Source of the DNA: Parcubacteria group bacterium
GTDB lineage: Bacteria; Patescibacteriota; Minisyncoccia; Phycocordibacterales; CALRBT01
NCBI GenBank assembly: GCA_943354475.1
Contig: CALRBT010000003.1
Location: 1,208 to 65,207, forward strand
Direction of reading: 5' to 3'
DNA length: 64,000 nt
Numbering within the stretch: the first letter of the stretch is position 1; every line of letters begins with the position of its first letter. This document shows positions 10,022-19,225 of this stretch, piece after piece. The notes below the pieces were generated by a model. The model saw nothing but the letters and a program-made list of their open reading frames with translations. It searched no databases and was not told where the DNA came from. Position numbers and translations under genes: made by a program.

Positions 10022-10582
10022 TTATTCAGTCAAAGTTTCATTCTGAGACCATATGCCATAATCAAAAATGTCAGCATTTATACTAGGTCTTACATAGAAT
10101 TTAATCTCATATCTATATTTATTTTTGCTATAATCTTCATATTCAATATCCATAACAAGATGATTACTAGTTGGCTCAATATCTTCCAATAAACTTTCAC
10201 GGTTTGAGATTATACCTTCAACTCTCTGGTTACCAGGTCCCAAGTTTGAATTCAATGTAGGAACTCCTTTAACTCCCACTCTTTCACCGCTTTTGAATTC
10301 ATCATAGAAAGCTACTTTAACTGATGATGCTGGGGTGTTACCAGAATTTTTAATTGTAATTCCAGAGTAGAACATCCCGTCACTTCTTTTTTTGATAACG
10401 GCATCTGTTACAGAAACATAGGCTCTATTTAGAATAAGATCTGTTTTTTGTTGATTGTTTAAAATATCAACTGAGGTTTTCCAGCTAAAAAAAGTGAAAA
10501 ATGAAAAAATTGCAATAACTATCGTTGATATGGTTTGAATCTCGACGTTGTGTTCCTTTAAAAAACTGAAGAATTTACTCAC
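10022..10582 (-). CDS. Hypothetical membrane-anchored protein (186 aa)
   Basis: Single N-terminal TM helix, extracytoplasmic domain of unknown function. Confidence 0.45.
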   Translation of the reverse strand: MSKFFSFLKEHNVEIQTISTIVIAIFSFFTFFSWKTSVDILNNQQKTDLILNRAYVSVTDAVIKKRSDGMFYSGITIKNSGNTPASSVKVAFYDEFKSGERVGVKGVPTLNSNLGPGNQRVEGIISNRESLLEDIEPTSNHLVMDIEYEDYSKNKYRYEIKFYVRPSINADIFDYGIWSQNETLTE

Positions 10583-10597
10583 AAAAAGTATTACAGC

Positions 10598-11944
10598 TTA
10601 GCTGATTTTATTGTCATTCGACGATAGTAGTGTGTCGATACGATTTATATCCCGCGGAAAGAGAGCTGCTTCTTTGACGTTTGCGAGTCCTAAGAATTTT
10701 GCAGTGAGGCGTTCCAGTCCCATCCCCCATCCGCCGTGTGGTGGAATACCGTATTTGAATGCTTGGAGATAGTAGGAGAAATTGTCAGGGTTAAGTCCTT
10801 TCATTTTTGCTCCAGCGATAAGATTTTCATAATTATGACGACGCTGACCACCAGTGGTTATTTCTACCCCACGGAAAAGTAGGTCAAAACTTTTTGTAAA
10901 ACCAAGATCGTTTTCGTCTTCAAAAGTGTAGAATGGTCGTTTAGAAACTGGATAGTGAGTTACAAAGACAAAGTCAGAGTCGTGTTCACGCTTAGCCCAT
11001 TCACAAAGCCATCGTTCGTCTTCTGGTTCAAGATCTGGTTCCTCACGTTTATCCTTTTTAGTCTCTTTGAAAATGAGTTCCTGAGCCTCGCGCAGCTTCA
11101 TATATGGAATAGTTTCTGGCACTACTGGAATCTCCGAATCCATAAATGTAAATTCTTTGGTACAAGTTTTTTGCAGGTGATCAGTAATAAACTGCATCAA
11201 CTTAGTCTCCATCGTCATGACATCCGTGTGATCTTTAATGAATCCCATTTCAATATCAATAGATGTATATTCATTGAGGTGACGAGTAGTTGAATGCTTT
11301 TCAGCACGAAAAACGTTACCTGTGGTAAAGACACGCTCAAATACTCCAACCATGATTTGTTTATAGAGTTGAGGAGAAGTCGCAAGGTGGGCTGTTTTGT
11401 CATAAAGGTACTTAACCTCAAAGACTTCCCCGCTTCCTTCTGCGTCATCGCCAATCAGTTTTGGAGCTTGAAATTCAGTAAAACCTTGTGAGTTTAAAAA
11501 CGCACGATAGGCTTTTATGATTTCAGCCTGAACTTTAAAAATTGCTCGAGACCTCTCTTTACGTAATGTGTAAGGTAGATAATCGAGATAGGTGTCTATA
11601 TTTAATTCTGTTTCAAGTTCAAACGGTAGATCTTGTGATTCAGACAAAATTTCAATTGTCTGAATCTCAAGTTCAATGTCGCCATTTTGGACATCTGCTT
11701 TGATATTTTTCTCCGGTCGTTTGTTGACCAGTCCGGTAACTGCAACCACGAATTCAGTACGAACATCTTTGGCAATTTCCATTGCCTCGCTTCCAGGAAG
11801 CACAACGCCCTGGACGGTACCGCTCATATCACGGAAATCAAAAAATGCCATCTTGCCTTGGTCACGACGAACACTAATCCATCCTTTTATAGTGACACTC
11901 TCCCCCACTTTTCCTCCCAAATCTTTTATATATGTTCGTTCCAT
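10598..11944 (-). CDS. aspS: Class IIb aminoacyl-tRNA synthetase, archaeal/eukaryal-type aspartyl-tRNA synthetase (could be AsnRS)
   Basis: N-terminal OB anticodon-binding domain, motif 2 (FRAEKHSTTRHLNE...), motif 3 (GGWGMGLERL), QSPQLYKQ block; ~440 aa length typical of archaeal-type AspRS/AsnRS. Confidence 0.8.
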   Translation of the reverse strand: MERTYIKDLGGKVGESVTIKGWISVRRDQGKMAFFDFRDMSGTVQGVVLPGSEAMEIAKDVRTEFVVAVTGLVNKRPEKNIKADVQNGDIELEIQTIEILSESQDLPFELETELNIDTYLDYLPYTLRKERSRAIFKVQAEIIKAYRAFLNSQGFTEFQAPKLIGDDAEGSGEVFEVKYLYDKTAHLATSPQLYKQIMVGVFERVFTTGNVFRAEKHSTTRHLNEYTSIDIEMGFIKDHTDVMTMETKLMQFITDHLQKTCTKEFTFMDSEIPVVPETIPYMKLREAQELIFKETKKDKREEPDLEPEDERWLCEWAKREHDSDFVFVTHYPVSKRPFYTFEDENDLGFTKSFDLLFRGVEITTGGQRRHNYENLIAGAKMKGLNPDNFSYYLQAFKYGIPPHGGWGMGLERLTAKFLGLANVKEAALFPRDINRIDTLLSSNDNKIS

Positions 11945-11948
11945 TTTT

Positions 11949-12896
11949 TTATAGTGTTACACCTACTTTCTCTCGTACTTCTGCCATTTTTACTGTTGCG
12001 ATCGCCTTTGCTTTGATACCTCCCTCATACAAAACTTTTTTAACCTCTTCGTCAGTTATCGTGGCACGCCGTTCGCGCATAGGAGCAAAATAAGTATTAA
12101 TGTCTTCAATCAACGCATCTTTGAGTGCCTTGTAACTACCTTTATTGGTCTCGTAAAGTGTAGCGAGCTCAGTCTCTGTTTTAAAAAGGGTATGTATTGC
12201 GTAGACATTTTGAGGCCTCTCTCCTCCTGAGTCAGTTACAATACTCATTACTGCCTTAGCAATTTCGTCCCTGGTGGCAAATAATGGAATTGTATTTTTG
12301 TAACTCTTGGACATTTTTTGACCATCGGTACCTGGCACAACACCCACTACTTTACTGATGAGTTCGGCAGGTTCTTTAAATGTGTTTCCAAAGGTTAGGT
12401 TAAACTTTGCGGCAGCCTCACGTGCGTACTCGACATGCTGGCGTTGATCCTCACCCACTGGCACAATATCAGTATCATAGAGCAAAATGTCTGCCGCCAT
12501 GAGCATGGGGTAGGTAAATAATCCAGCATTTGGTTCGAGTCCCTTAGCCACCTTGTCTTTATAGGCGTGTCCTTGCATTAAAAACGGAACGGTCACAAGG
12601 CAGTCAAATATCCACGCTAATTCAGTGTGCTCAGATACATCTGATTGTTTAAAAAGTATTGCGTTATTGGTGTTGAGTCCTGCCGCAAGATAATCTTTAA
12701 CATTTTCAATAATATTGGTTCGTAGCTCACTCGGGTTTTTAAGGCTGGTGAGCGCATGGTAGTCAGCCACCATAAAAAGCCCTTGATGCTCTGCAAACAT
12801 ATCTACGTTTGGCTTGATGGCGCCAAAGTAGTTGCCGATATGCATCTGTCCGCTCGGCTGGAGTCCTGTAAATAGTCGTTTTTTACCTTCATTCAT
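11949..12896 (-). CDS. trpS: Tryptophanyl-tRNA synthetase
   Basis: GLQPSGQMHIGNYFGA (HIGH) and KMSKS motifs, 315 aa. Confidence 0.85.
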   Translation of the reverse strand: MNEGKKRLFTGLQPSGQMHIGNYFGAIKPNVDMFAEHQGLFMVADYHALTSLKNPSELRTNIIENVKDYLAAGLNTNNAILFKQSDVSEHTELAWIFDCLVTVPFLMQGHAYKDKVAKGLEPNAGLFTYPMLMAADILLYDTDIVPVGEDQRQHVEYAREAAAKFNLTFGNTFKEPAELISKVVGVVPGTDGQKMSKSYKNTIPLFATRDEIAKAVMSIVTDSGGERPQNVYAIHTLFKTETELATLYETNKGSYKALKDALIEDINTYFAPMRERRATITDEEVKKVLYEGGIKAKAIATVKMAEVREKVGVTL

Positions 12897-12971
12897 ATCT
12901 AAGCACTATAGCAAATGAGGCCTCGTTTTCAAAGTCGCAAGAGCACCCCGTCTTTTCAGGTTTTGATGACA

Positions 12972-13655
12972 TCACTCACCAGAACTAGTCTTTGGCATAA
13001 TGAAGATTGGGGCAGTGATGATACAAGCAGAGATAAAGAGGACCATGCCAATGACTGACTGTAATTCGTTGGTAGAAGTGTAAATGAATAAGGCGCCGCT
13101 TCCAAAGAGTAATCCATCAGCACTTAGAATAAGTAATTTAACTTTTGAATACGTGTTTTTGGTAAGATTGCTCGCCATATAGAAAAGGTAGGTCCAGACG
13201 ATGCCGTAGATAAAGCAACAAATACTGGTAAGCCAAGAGGCCCACGGGTTAACATTCCAAAAGATGATGCCATTACTGTTGATAATTGGAAGTCTGAGGT
13301 CGTAAAGAAGGATTGAGATAACAATGATACCAAGGACACCGACGATGATACTAATGAGGTTGGCGTATGTTTTAAAAAATTTTCGTGTGATAAATGTTTG
13401 TACCCGCAGTGCAAGTACGAGAAGGATAAAGACGCTGACAATACCAATAACATAACCGTATGCTACCGCTTTTAGATTACCCTTATTGATAATGATTGGA
13501 AGTGAAAAAGCATACGCATGGAGCGCCATAAAGAAGAAGACCAAAAAAAGGTATTTGAGGGCAAAACTTTTAGATTTTGTATACGAAACAAAAGCCCCGA
13601 TAGTCGCTATGGTGGCAAGAAAAGCGCCTGCAATGAAAAAGTATGAAGTGAGCAT
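12972..13655 (-). CDS. Hypothetical polytopic membrane protein (227 aa)
   Basis: 6-7 predicted TM helices, no motif. Confidence 0.45.
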   Translation of the reverse strand: MLTSYFFIAGAFLATIATIGAFVSYTKSKSFALKYLFLVFFFMALHAYAFSLPIIINKGNLKAVAYGYVIGIVSVFILLVLALRVQTFITRKFFKTYANLISIIVGVLGIIVISILLYDLRLPIINSNGIIFWNVNPWASWLTSICCFIYGIVWTYLFYMASNLTKNTYSKVKLLILSADGLLFGSGALFIYTSTNELQSVIGMVLFISACIITAPIFIMPKTSSGE

Positions 13656-13676
13656 GTTTTCTTATGCTGTATATGA

Positions 13677-15347
13677 TTATATTGACTCGGCAAACTTATT
13701 AACACTCTCTTCATGCTCTTTGTCTTTGTTTTGAGGCAACTCGATAATGAAGGTTGATCCTAAACCTGGCCCGTCGGACTCGGCCCAGACCTTACCATGA
13801 TGGGCTTTGGTCATTTCACTTGCAACGTAGAGCCCAAGTCCTGATCCCATCACATTTACTTCGTTTGCATCTGAGGCTCTCGTAAATTTATTAAAGAGTT
13901 TTGGTAAGGTGTCTTTTGAGATTCCAACACCGGTATCTTTTATTTTAATAACATAAACATTGTTGCCATCATGTTTCTCGAGGGTAATTGCAACACTTCC
14001 TTTTTGTGTATATTTCATTGCATTATCAATAATATTTTCAATGATCTGCTTTATTTTGCCAATATCTGCAAAGATCATGAAGGTTTCCTTTTCAGGAGTA
14101 AAAGAAAATGTAAGTGCCAAGCCAGTTTTTTTTATCGTTGGCTCAAGTTCAGCCACTATGTTTTGGACGAGTTCCTTGAGGTCAAAGAGACTGAAATTAT
14201 ACTTCATTCTCCCCTGCTCAATTCGTGAGACATCAAGATAATCCTGAACAGTAACTACCAACGACTGACTTGAGTCAAACATTTTTTGGACCGCGTCTTT
14301 AATCGCCGGAGGGGCGACGCCAAACGAGCCTTCAAGGATGAGGGAGCCGTAGCCTTTTATTGCAGCAAGAGGTCCGCGGAGTTGGTGCGAGGCCACCGAG
14401 ACGAATTCTGACTTTTGTTTGTCTGCATCAATCAGTTTAACATTTGCTTTTTCAAGCTCGTGGGCAAGTTTCTCAACTTCTTCATGAGCCTTAACTTCCT
14501 TGATAACACTTCTGATGAGGAATATTCCGACAATAACGGTGATTGTTAGAAGTATTGAGTTAAAGATTTGGTCATTGAGTGTTTGTGAAAGTAAAATTTG
14601 TACAAAAATTGCAACCCAAAGTGTGAAGACGAGTATATCTGCAATCAGTACCCGAACATTGAAAAGTTTATATTTTAAAATCGCGTAGGTTATTGAAGTT
14701 ATCATAACCACAATTCCAACCTGCCCCACCCAGTTGAATGTAAAAATATTTAGTATAGGCAAAACGAGGTTGGTCGTCACTCCGATACTGGTAGCAAGAA
14801 ATGTTCCAATAAATATATAACTAATCTGTAGACGCAGTTCATGTGATGCGGTTTTATATTTTTTATACAAAACCAAATACGATAGTCCAAAATAGCTAAC
14901 AATGTAAAGAGCGTAACAGAGATGGAAGAAGAAATTGAAAACAATTATTTTCTCACCTCCTGACACCGTCTGGATGGTTTGAATTAAACCATCTGGGAGT
15001 ATCGACGTTATAATCATTGCCAAAAAAGGTAGAGGCACAGAAAGTTTCAACCACCATTTAAGCGAGTACTCATTCTTTGGAAAGATGGTTGTGAAGTATA
15101 GAAAGGCAAGTGGAATTGAGGAGGCAGCAACATAGAGTAAACGAGCGGCAAATGTTGAGAAGGTTATGTTGTCGAAACCACGATAAAGAAACATACTAAA
15201 GCCCCAAGCACTCACCGTGAGAGTTAGGATAAAAAATGCAAAATTAGTGTCATCTTCCCGATTACGGGAATAAATGACCATACCATAAACAGTATTTGCT
15301 ACTGCAGCAAGAAGAACGGCTACATTTATGAAATCAAGTTCAAACAT
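13677..15347 (-). CDS. Sensor histidine kinase with multi-TM N-terminal sensor domain
   Basis: H-box SVASHQLRGPL, HATPase_c N/G1/G2 boxes (NAMKYT, DTGVGI, GSGLGL); about 8 N-terminal TM helices. Confidence 0.85.
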   Translation of the reverse strand: MFELDFINVAVLLAAVANTVYGMVIYSRNREDDTNFAFFILTLTVSAWGFSMFLYRGFDNITFSTFAARLLYVAASSIPLAFLYFTTIFPKNEYSLKWWLKLSVPLPFLAMIITSILPDGLIQTIQTVSGGEKIIVFNFFFHLCYALYIVSYFGLSYLVLYKKYKTASHELRLQISYIFIGTFLATSIGVTTNLVLPILNIFTFNWVGQVGIVVMITSITYAILKYKLFNVRVLIADILVFTLWVAIFVQILLSQTLNDQIFNSILLTITVIVGIFLIRSVIKEVKAHEEVEKLAHELEKANVKLIDADKQKSEFVSVASHQLRGPLAAIKGYGSLILEGSFGVAPPAIKDAVQKMFDSSQSLVVTVQDYLDVSRIEQGRMKYNFSLFDLKELVQNIVAELEPTIKKTGLALTFSFTPEKETFMIFADIGKIKQIIENIIDNAMKYTQKGSVAITLEKHDGNNVYVIKIKDTGVGISKDTLPKLFNKFTRASDANEVNVMGSGLGLYVASEMTKAHHGKVWAESDGPGLGSTFIIELPQNKDKEHEESVNKFAESI

Positions 15348-15353
15348 CCTATT

Positions 15354-16556
15354 TTATTTCGATGAATTACTTTTTATTATATACTTTATTTTTTCTAATT
15401 TCTCGGGAGTTATCAACTCCTTTCTATTTTGAAATGCACCAATAGTAAAATCGAGTATTTTTCCAAGTGATGAGACGTGGTCTACGTGTTCCAAAGTTGC
15501 CCGATCAATAACATAATTTTCATCCCACTCTTCACTTGCAAGGACAAGTACTTCTGCTAGACAGCAAAAATTATCGTTTCGGTTTTTTAATCCAAAATTA
15601 AAATTACTATGAATCTCTGGGGTATGCACGACACCAGCCTCAACAATCAAAACATCTTCCCTATCAAGAACATCATCTGAAACATCCGATGGTTGTGCAT
15701 CGTCAACGACAATCGCCCCAGGCTTTAAATGCTCACTTTTGATGAGCGCTTCTGGTGTATTTGTGGCTGTAATAATAACATCAGCGGTTTTAATGGTTTC
15801 AACAGTGTCTGAAATTTCAATATCTATGTTTGGATTTATTTTTCGCAGCTCCTCTGCTAGTTTTTGTACTTGAATGTGTTTCCGTAGTACGTCAACTAGT
15901 TGTAAAAATTTAAAACCTTTTCTTGCAATAATCATTGCTGAGGTTGTACCAACTGATCCAGCAGAGCCAACAATTGCGATTTTACAGGTCTCTTTATTAA
16001 TCCCCATATACTCAATGAGCGTAAGAGCATTAGAGGTAACGTTATGCGCTGTGTAAGCATGACCTGTGGTAATGTTTACATCTTTGTGTCTATCAACAAG
16101 GTCTAATCCTCCACGACTAATCGAGGAAGTCAGTGCGCCAAGCCCAATTAGCTTTACACCACGTCTTTTTGCCATATTAATAGCCTTATTCATTTGCTCT
16201 AAGGCTTTTCCTCTATTTTTAAGCATTTGAGGTGCTGTCATTGGAATAGAAACGACATAACCCTTAATTGGTTTCCCGGTTTTCTTTGATACGAGGCCAG
16301 TAATTCTAGAAACGGTAACTGGCCAAAAATTGTGTGAGAAAAAAGTAACAAATGATTCAGGGAAGTATTTGAGGAATGGAAATTTTCGAAAAATATCCTC
16401 ATTATTTCTTGGATGCACCAAAAACATGTAACTATATGATCGGTTTACATGAACAGGAAACGTATGAAAAAAAATATCCTTGGTAAGAGAAAAAGATGAT
16501 TTGAGTATATTATTTATTCCCTTATACATAGTTGGTTGGATAGCAGTATAACTCAC
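15354..16556 (-). CDS. COG5322-family NAD(P)-dependent oxidoreductase, homologous to cyanobacterial acyl-ACP reductase (AAR)
   Basis: Blocks ITTGHAYTAH, CKIAIVGSAGSVGTTS (Rossmann), NFCCLAEVLVLASEEWDE align to AAR TTGNTHTAY / VAVVGATGDIGSAV / catalytic-Cys region; GTG start overlaps plsC stop by 1 nt. Confidence 0.6.
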   Translation of the reverse strand: MSYTAIQPTMYKGINNILKSSFSLTKDIFFHTFPVHVNRSYSYMFLVHPRNNEDIFRKFPFLKYFPESFVTFFSHNFWPVTVSRITGLVSKKTGKPIKGYVVSIPMTAPQMLKNRGKALEQMNKAINMAKRRGVKLIGLGALTSSISRGGLDLVDRHKDVNITTGHAYTAHNVTSNALTLIEYMGINKETCKIAIVGSAGSVGTTSAMIIARKGFKFLQLVDVLRKHIQVQKLAEELRKINPNIDIEISDTVETIKTADVIITATNTPEALIKSEHLKPGAIVVDDAQPSDVSDDVLDREDVLIVEAGVVHTPEIHSNFNFGLKNRNDNFCCLAEVLVLASEEWDENYVIDRATLEHVDHVSSLGKILDFTIGAFQNRKELITPEKLEKIKYIIKSNSSK

Positions 16557-17236
16557 TAATTTAGTTTAGATTTTACTGCTTCAAGTATTAACTCCCCGTG
16601 GGCTCTGTACTCATCGGGAGGAAGCTCGCTTTGCCAGGGCTGTGGAAATGGAATTGGTGTACCAAAATGGACTTTGAAGTGTCGTTTTCGACTGAGAAAT
16701 TCATTTGTAGTTGTTTCAAAGACTCCACTAATGGTTACTGGGACTATCGGTACCCCTGTTCGATGCGAAAGAAAGCCGACTCCTCCGTGTGCCCTACCCA
16801 TATTCCCATCGCGGGAGAGGTACCCCTCAGGGAAGATGCAGAGCGACCCACCATCAAAGATTATTTGTGTATGATTACGAAGGGCGAAAGCGTAGTCCCT
16901 ACGTCCTGAGAATACTGGATAGGATCCCCAAGCATTAAAAAATTTACCCCCATAGATTCTGGAGCGCCAACCAAATGTTTTATTTTTAAAGGCTTTGTCT
17001 TCAGCTGCGGTATAGAACATTGGTATGAAGCGTGAGAACATTGGCAGTGCCGCAGGAACAAGGATTGGATCCCACTCACTCAAGTGGTTAGCTGCAAAAA
17101 TAACAGGGCTTTTGTAATTTTTAAGGTTTTCTAGCCCCTCAATTTTAAAGTGAACAAAGAAACCAAAAATTATTTTGGTTGGAATCCAAATAAGGCTCTG
17201 GAGTAGAAATGGGGGCAGGAAATATAATCGCTTCAT
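16556..17236 (-). CDS. plsC: 1-acyl-sn-glycerol-3-phosphate acyltransferase family protein
   Basis: HxxxxD acyltransferase motif (NHLSEWD), PEG-like block (FPEGYLSRDG). Confidence 0.75.
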   Translation of the reverse strand: MKRLYFLPPFLLQSLIWIPTKIIFGFFVHFKIEGLENLKNYKSPVIFAANHLSEWDPILVPAALPMFSRFIPMFYTAAEDKAFKNKTFGWRSRIYGGKFFNAWGSYPVFSGRRDYAFALRNHTQIIFDGGSLCIFPEGYLSRDGNMGRAHGGVGFLSHRTGVPIVPVTISGVFETTTNEFLSRKRHFKVHFGTPIPFPQPWQSELPPDEYRAHGELILEAVKSKLN

Positions 17237-17293
17237 TCAATGCTCATACTATAAATCAAATCAGTAAATTTGGAAACAGTGCCTATTTTCCAC

Positions 17294-17797
17294 TTACCTT
17301 CTTGCAACAAAAAAAACTACGATAATTGGAATAGAAAGCCAGTAAAAGATATATTTTTCAGGCGAAAATAGTGGCGCAATCAAGTTTGAGAAGTGATAAA
17401 TTGTATCAATTGGGAGGAAATGATACGCCGAAACGAAAATTACACAGAGTAGTGAGAGCGCTAAAAGTGCTGACTCAAGTAGTTTCTTTAAAAGAGAGTA
17501 AGGGAATTCGGTCGAGACAACTCTCTTGATAAGAAAGAAGATAATAAACCACAGTGCAACAAATAGTCCGAGTGACACACTAGCTGCAGCAGTATCCCCT
17601 TTCAAAAATGGAAATGATGGAAAGATAAAGAGTGCAATGTAGCTCGAGATAAGGAGAGCTATTGATTTTGATTTACCAAAATAGAACGAGAAAGCAGTTA
17701 ATCCAAGGAAAAGGAGGAGAATGACGACTACATCAAAAGATACATGGGCAACAGAGCCCCAAACACTTGCAACAACTGGAGGTAAATTATTTTCCAC
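17294..17797 (-). CDS. Hypothetical membrane protein (167 aa)
   Basis: 4-5 TM helices, GTG start. Confidence 0.45.
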   Translation of the reverse strand: MENNLPPVVASVWGSVAHVSFDVVVILLLFLGLTAFSFYFGKSKSIALLISSYIALFIFPSFPFLKGDTAAASVSLGLFVALWFIIFFLIKRVVSTEFPYSLLKKLLESALLALSLLCVIFVSAYHFLPIDTIYHFSNLIAPLFSPEKYIFYWLSIPIIVVFFVARR

Positions 17798-17840
17798 TTA
17801 GACACTATAACGCAAAAAACGTTTTTATTCTTTGATTGTT

Positions 17841-18112
17841 GGGGATAAGGGAACGACACGTTTTTTTCAAAACGTGTCGCGACACTTATCCTCTTGAGGA
17901 TAAGGAGTGTGCCTTACCCTTTTGGTCTGGGTTCGGTAAGGTAAGGGAGCGTAGCGGACACTTGTGTCGCATAGCAAGACTAACGAAGCGAACACTTGAG
18001 GGTACACTCATACCCTCGAGTATATGTCCTGTGGGTATAAGGGAGAACTATGTTTTTCTAAAACATAGTTCGAACACTTATACTCTTGAGTATAAGGAGT
18101 GTTGCCTTACTC
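17841..18112. repeat. Tandem pair of ~80-nt structured repeat units (17841-17919 and 18033-18112) with a related hairpin in the spacer
   Basis: Units align end to end; each has two hairpins (cgacacgttttt..aaaacgtgtcg / aactatgttttt..aaaacatagtt and cacttatcctc-ttga-gaggataagg / cacttatactc-ttga-gagtataagg) with compensatory substitutions; spacer hairpin acacttgagggta-cactca-taccctcgagtat. Confidence 0.6.
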
Positions 18113-18128
18113 TCTGTAGGTATACACG

Positions 18129-19220
18129 CTACACCCCCTTTTCTCTCAGCTCTTCGACAATTTTCTTTGATTCTTTAGATAATTTTGTTGGAAGTTGAAT
18201 ACGAACTTTGATTAGGAGATCTCCTCTCTTTCCTTTTCCAAGAACAACACCCTTACCTTTGACTTGTAGTATCTCACCAAACGTGACCCCTTCAGGAATG
18301 ACAACAGCAAGGTCTCCATCGAGTGTTTTTAGTTTATATTCTGCACCCAAGATTGCATCCGTTAGCTTAACCTTCATATCAGTAACAAGATTAGCCCCCT
18401 CTTTTTTGAAATCAGGATGGGGTTTGATATGAACTTTGATGTACAGATCTCCAGAAGTTCCACCTGCTACCGCCTCCCCTCCGCCAGTCATTCGAATCAT
18501 TTCGCCATCATTCATTCCTGCAGGAATTGCTACACTTATTTCTTCTTGTCGTTCATGGACGCCGTGGCCGTGACAGGTCTGACATTTATCCTTCGGCATT
18601 TTACCCGAACCCCTACAGACTGAACACGTCTTTACAGAACTGAAAGAACCCATAAATGAACGTTTGGTTTCGTGAACCTGTCCCTTGCCATTACAGGTGG
18701 TGCAGATAATCATTTCACTCCCAGCTTTTGCTCCAGAACCACTACAGGTTAAACAGACAGCTGTTTTCTTAAAGAGTATTTTACGCTCTGTTCCAAAAAC
18801 AGAATCAGCAAAAAGAATCTCAATATCAATCGAGATATCTCGTCCACGAGGACGTCCTCCACCATGTGTCGCGCCACCAAAAATATCTCCGAAAATATCT
18901 CCAAAATCAAAACCTTGAAAGTTTCCATTCTGAAATCCGGAAAAATCAAATCCTTCAAAACCTGCACCACCCTGGAAACCACCTTGTTGTGATCCATTTC
19001 CCCCAGCTTCGTTGAATACACGCCCATAGGAATCGTACTCTGCCCGCTTCTTCTCATTCGAGAGTACGCTATATGCTTCATTCAATTCTTTGAATTTTTC
19101 CGCATCTCCAGTTTTCTTATCAGGATGGTACTTGTGAGCAAGCACACGAAAAGCCTTCTTGATTTCGTCAGCAGACGCCCCTTTCGGTACCCCTAAGATT
19201 TCGTAATAGTTTTTAGCCAC
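18129..19220 (-). CDS. dnaJ: Chaperone DnaJ
   Basis: J domain with HPD, G/F-rich linker, four CxxCxGxG zinc-finger repeats, C-terminal domains. Confidence 0.95.
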   Translation of the reverse strand: MAKNYYEILGVPKGASADEIKKAFRVLAHKYHPDKKTGDAEKFKELNEAYSVLSNEKKRAEYDSYGRVFNEAGGNGSQQGGFQGGAGFEGFDFSGFQNGNFQGFDFGDIFGDIFGGATHGGGRPRGRDISIDIEILFADSVFGTERKILFKKTAVCLTCSGSGAKAGSEMIICTTCNGKGQVHETKRSFMGSFSSVKTCSVCRGSGKMPKDKCQTCHGHGVHERQEEISVAIPAGMNDGEMIRMTGGGEAVAGGTSGDLYIKVHIKPHPDFKKEGANLVTDMKVKLTDAILGAEYKLKTLDGDLAVVIPEGVTFGEILQVKGKGVVLGKGKRGDLLIKVRIQLPTKLSKESKKIVEELREKGV

Positions 19221-19225
19221 AGTTT

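Noticed and set aside
17836-18198. 120-aa plus-strand ORF spanning the dnaJ-downstream intergenic region
   Set aside because: It is composed almost entirely of the tandem hairpin repeats and overlaps the 3' end of dnaJ on the other strand; repeat-driven open frame, not a plausible protein.
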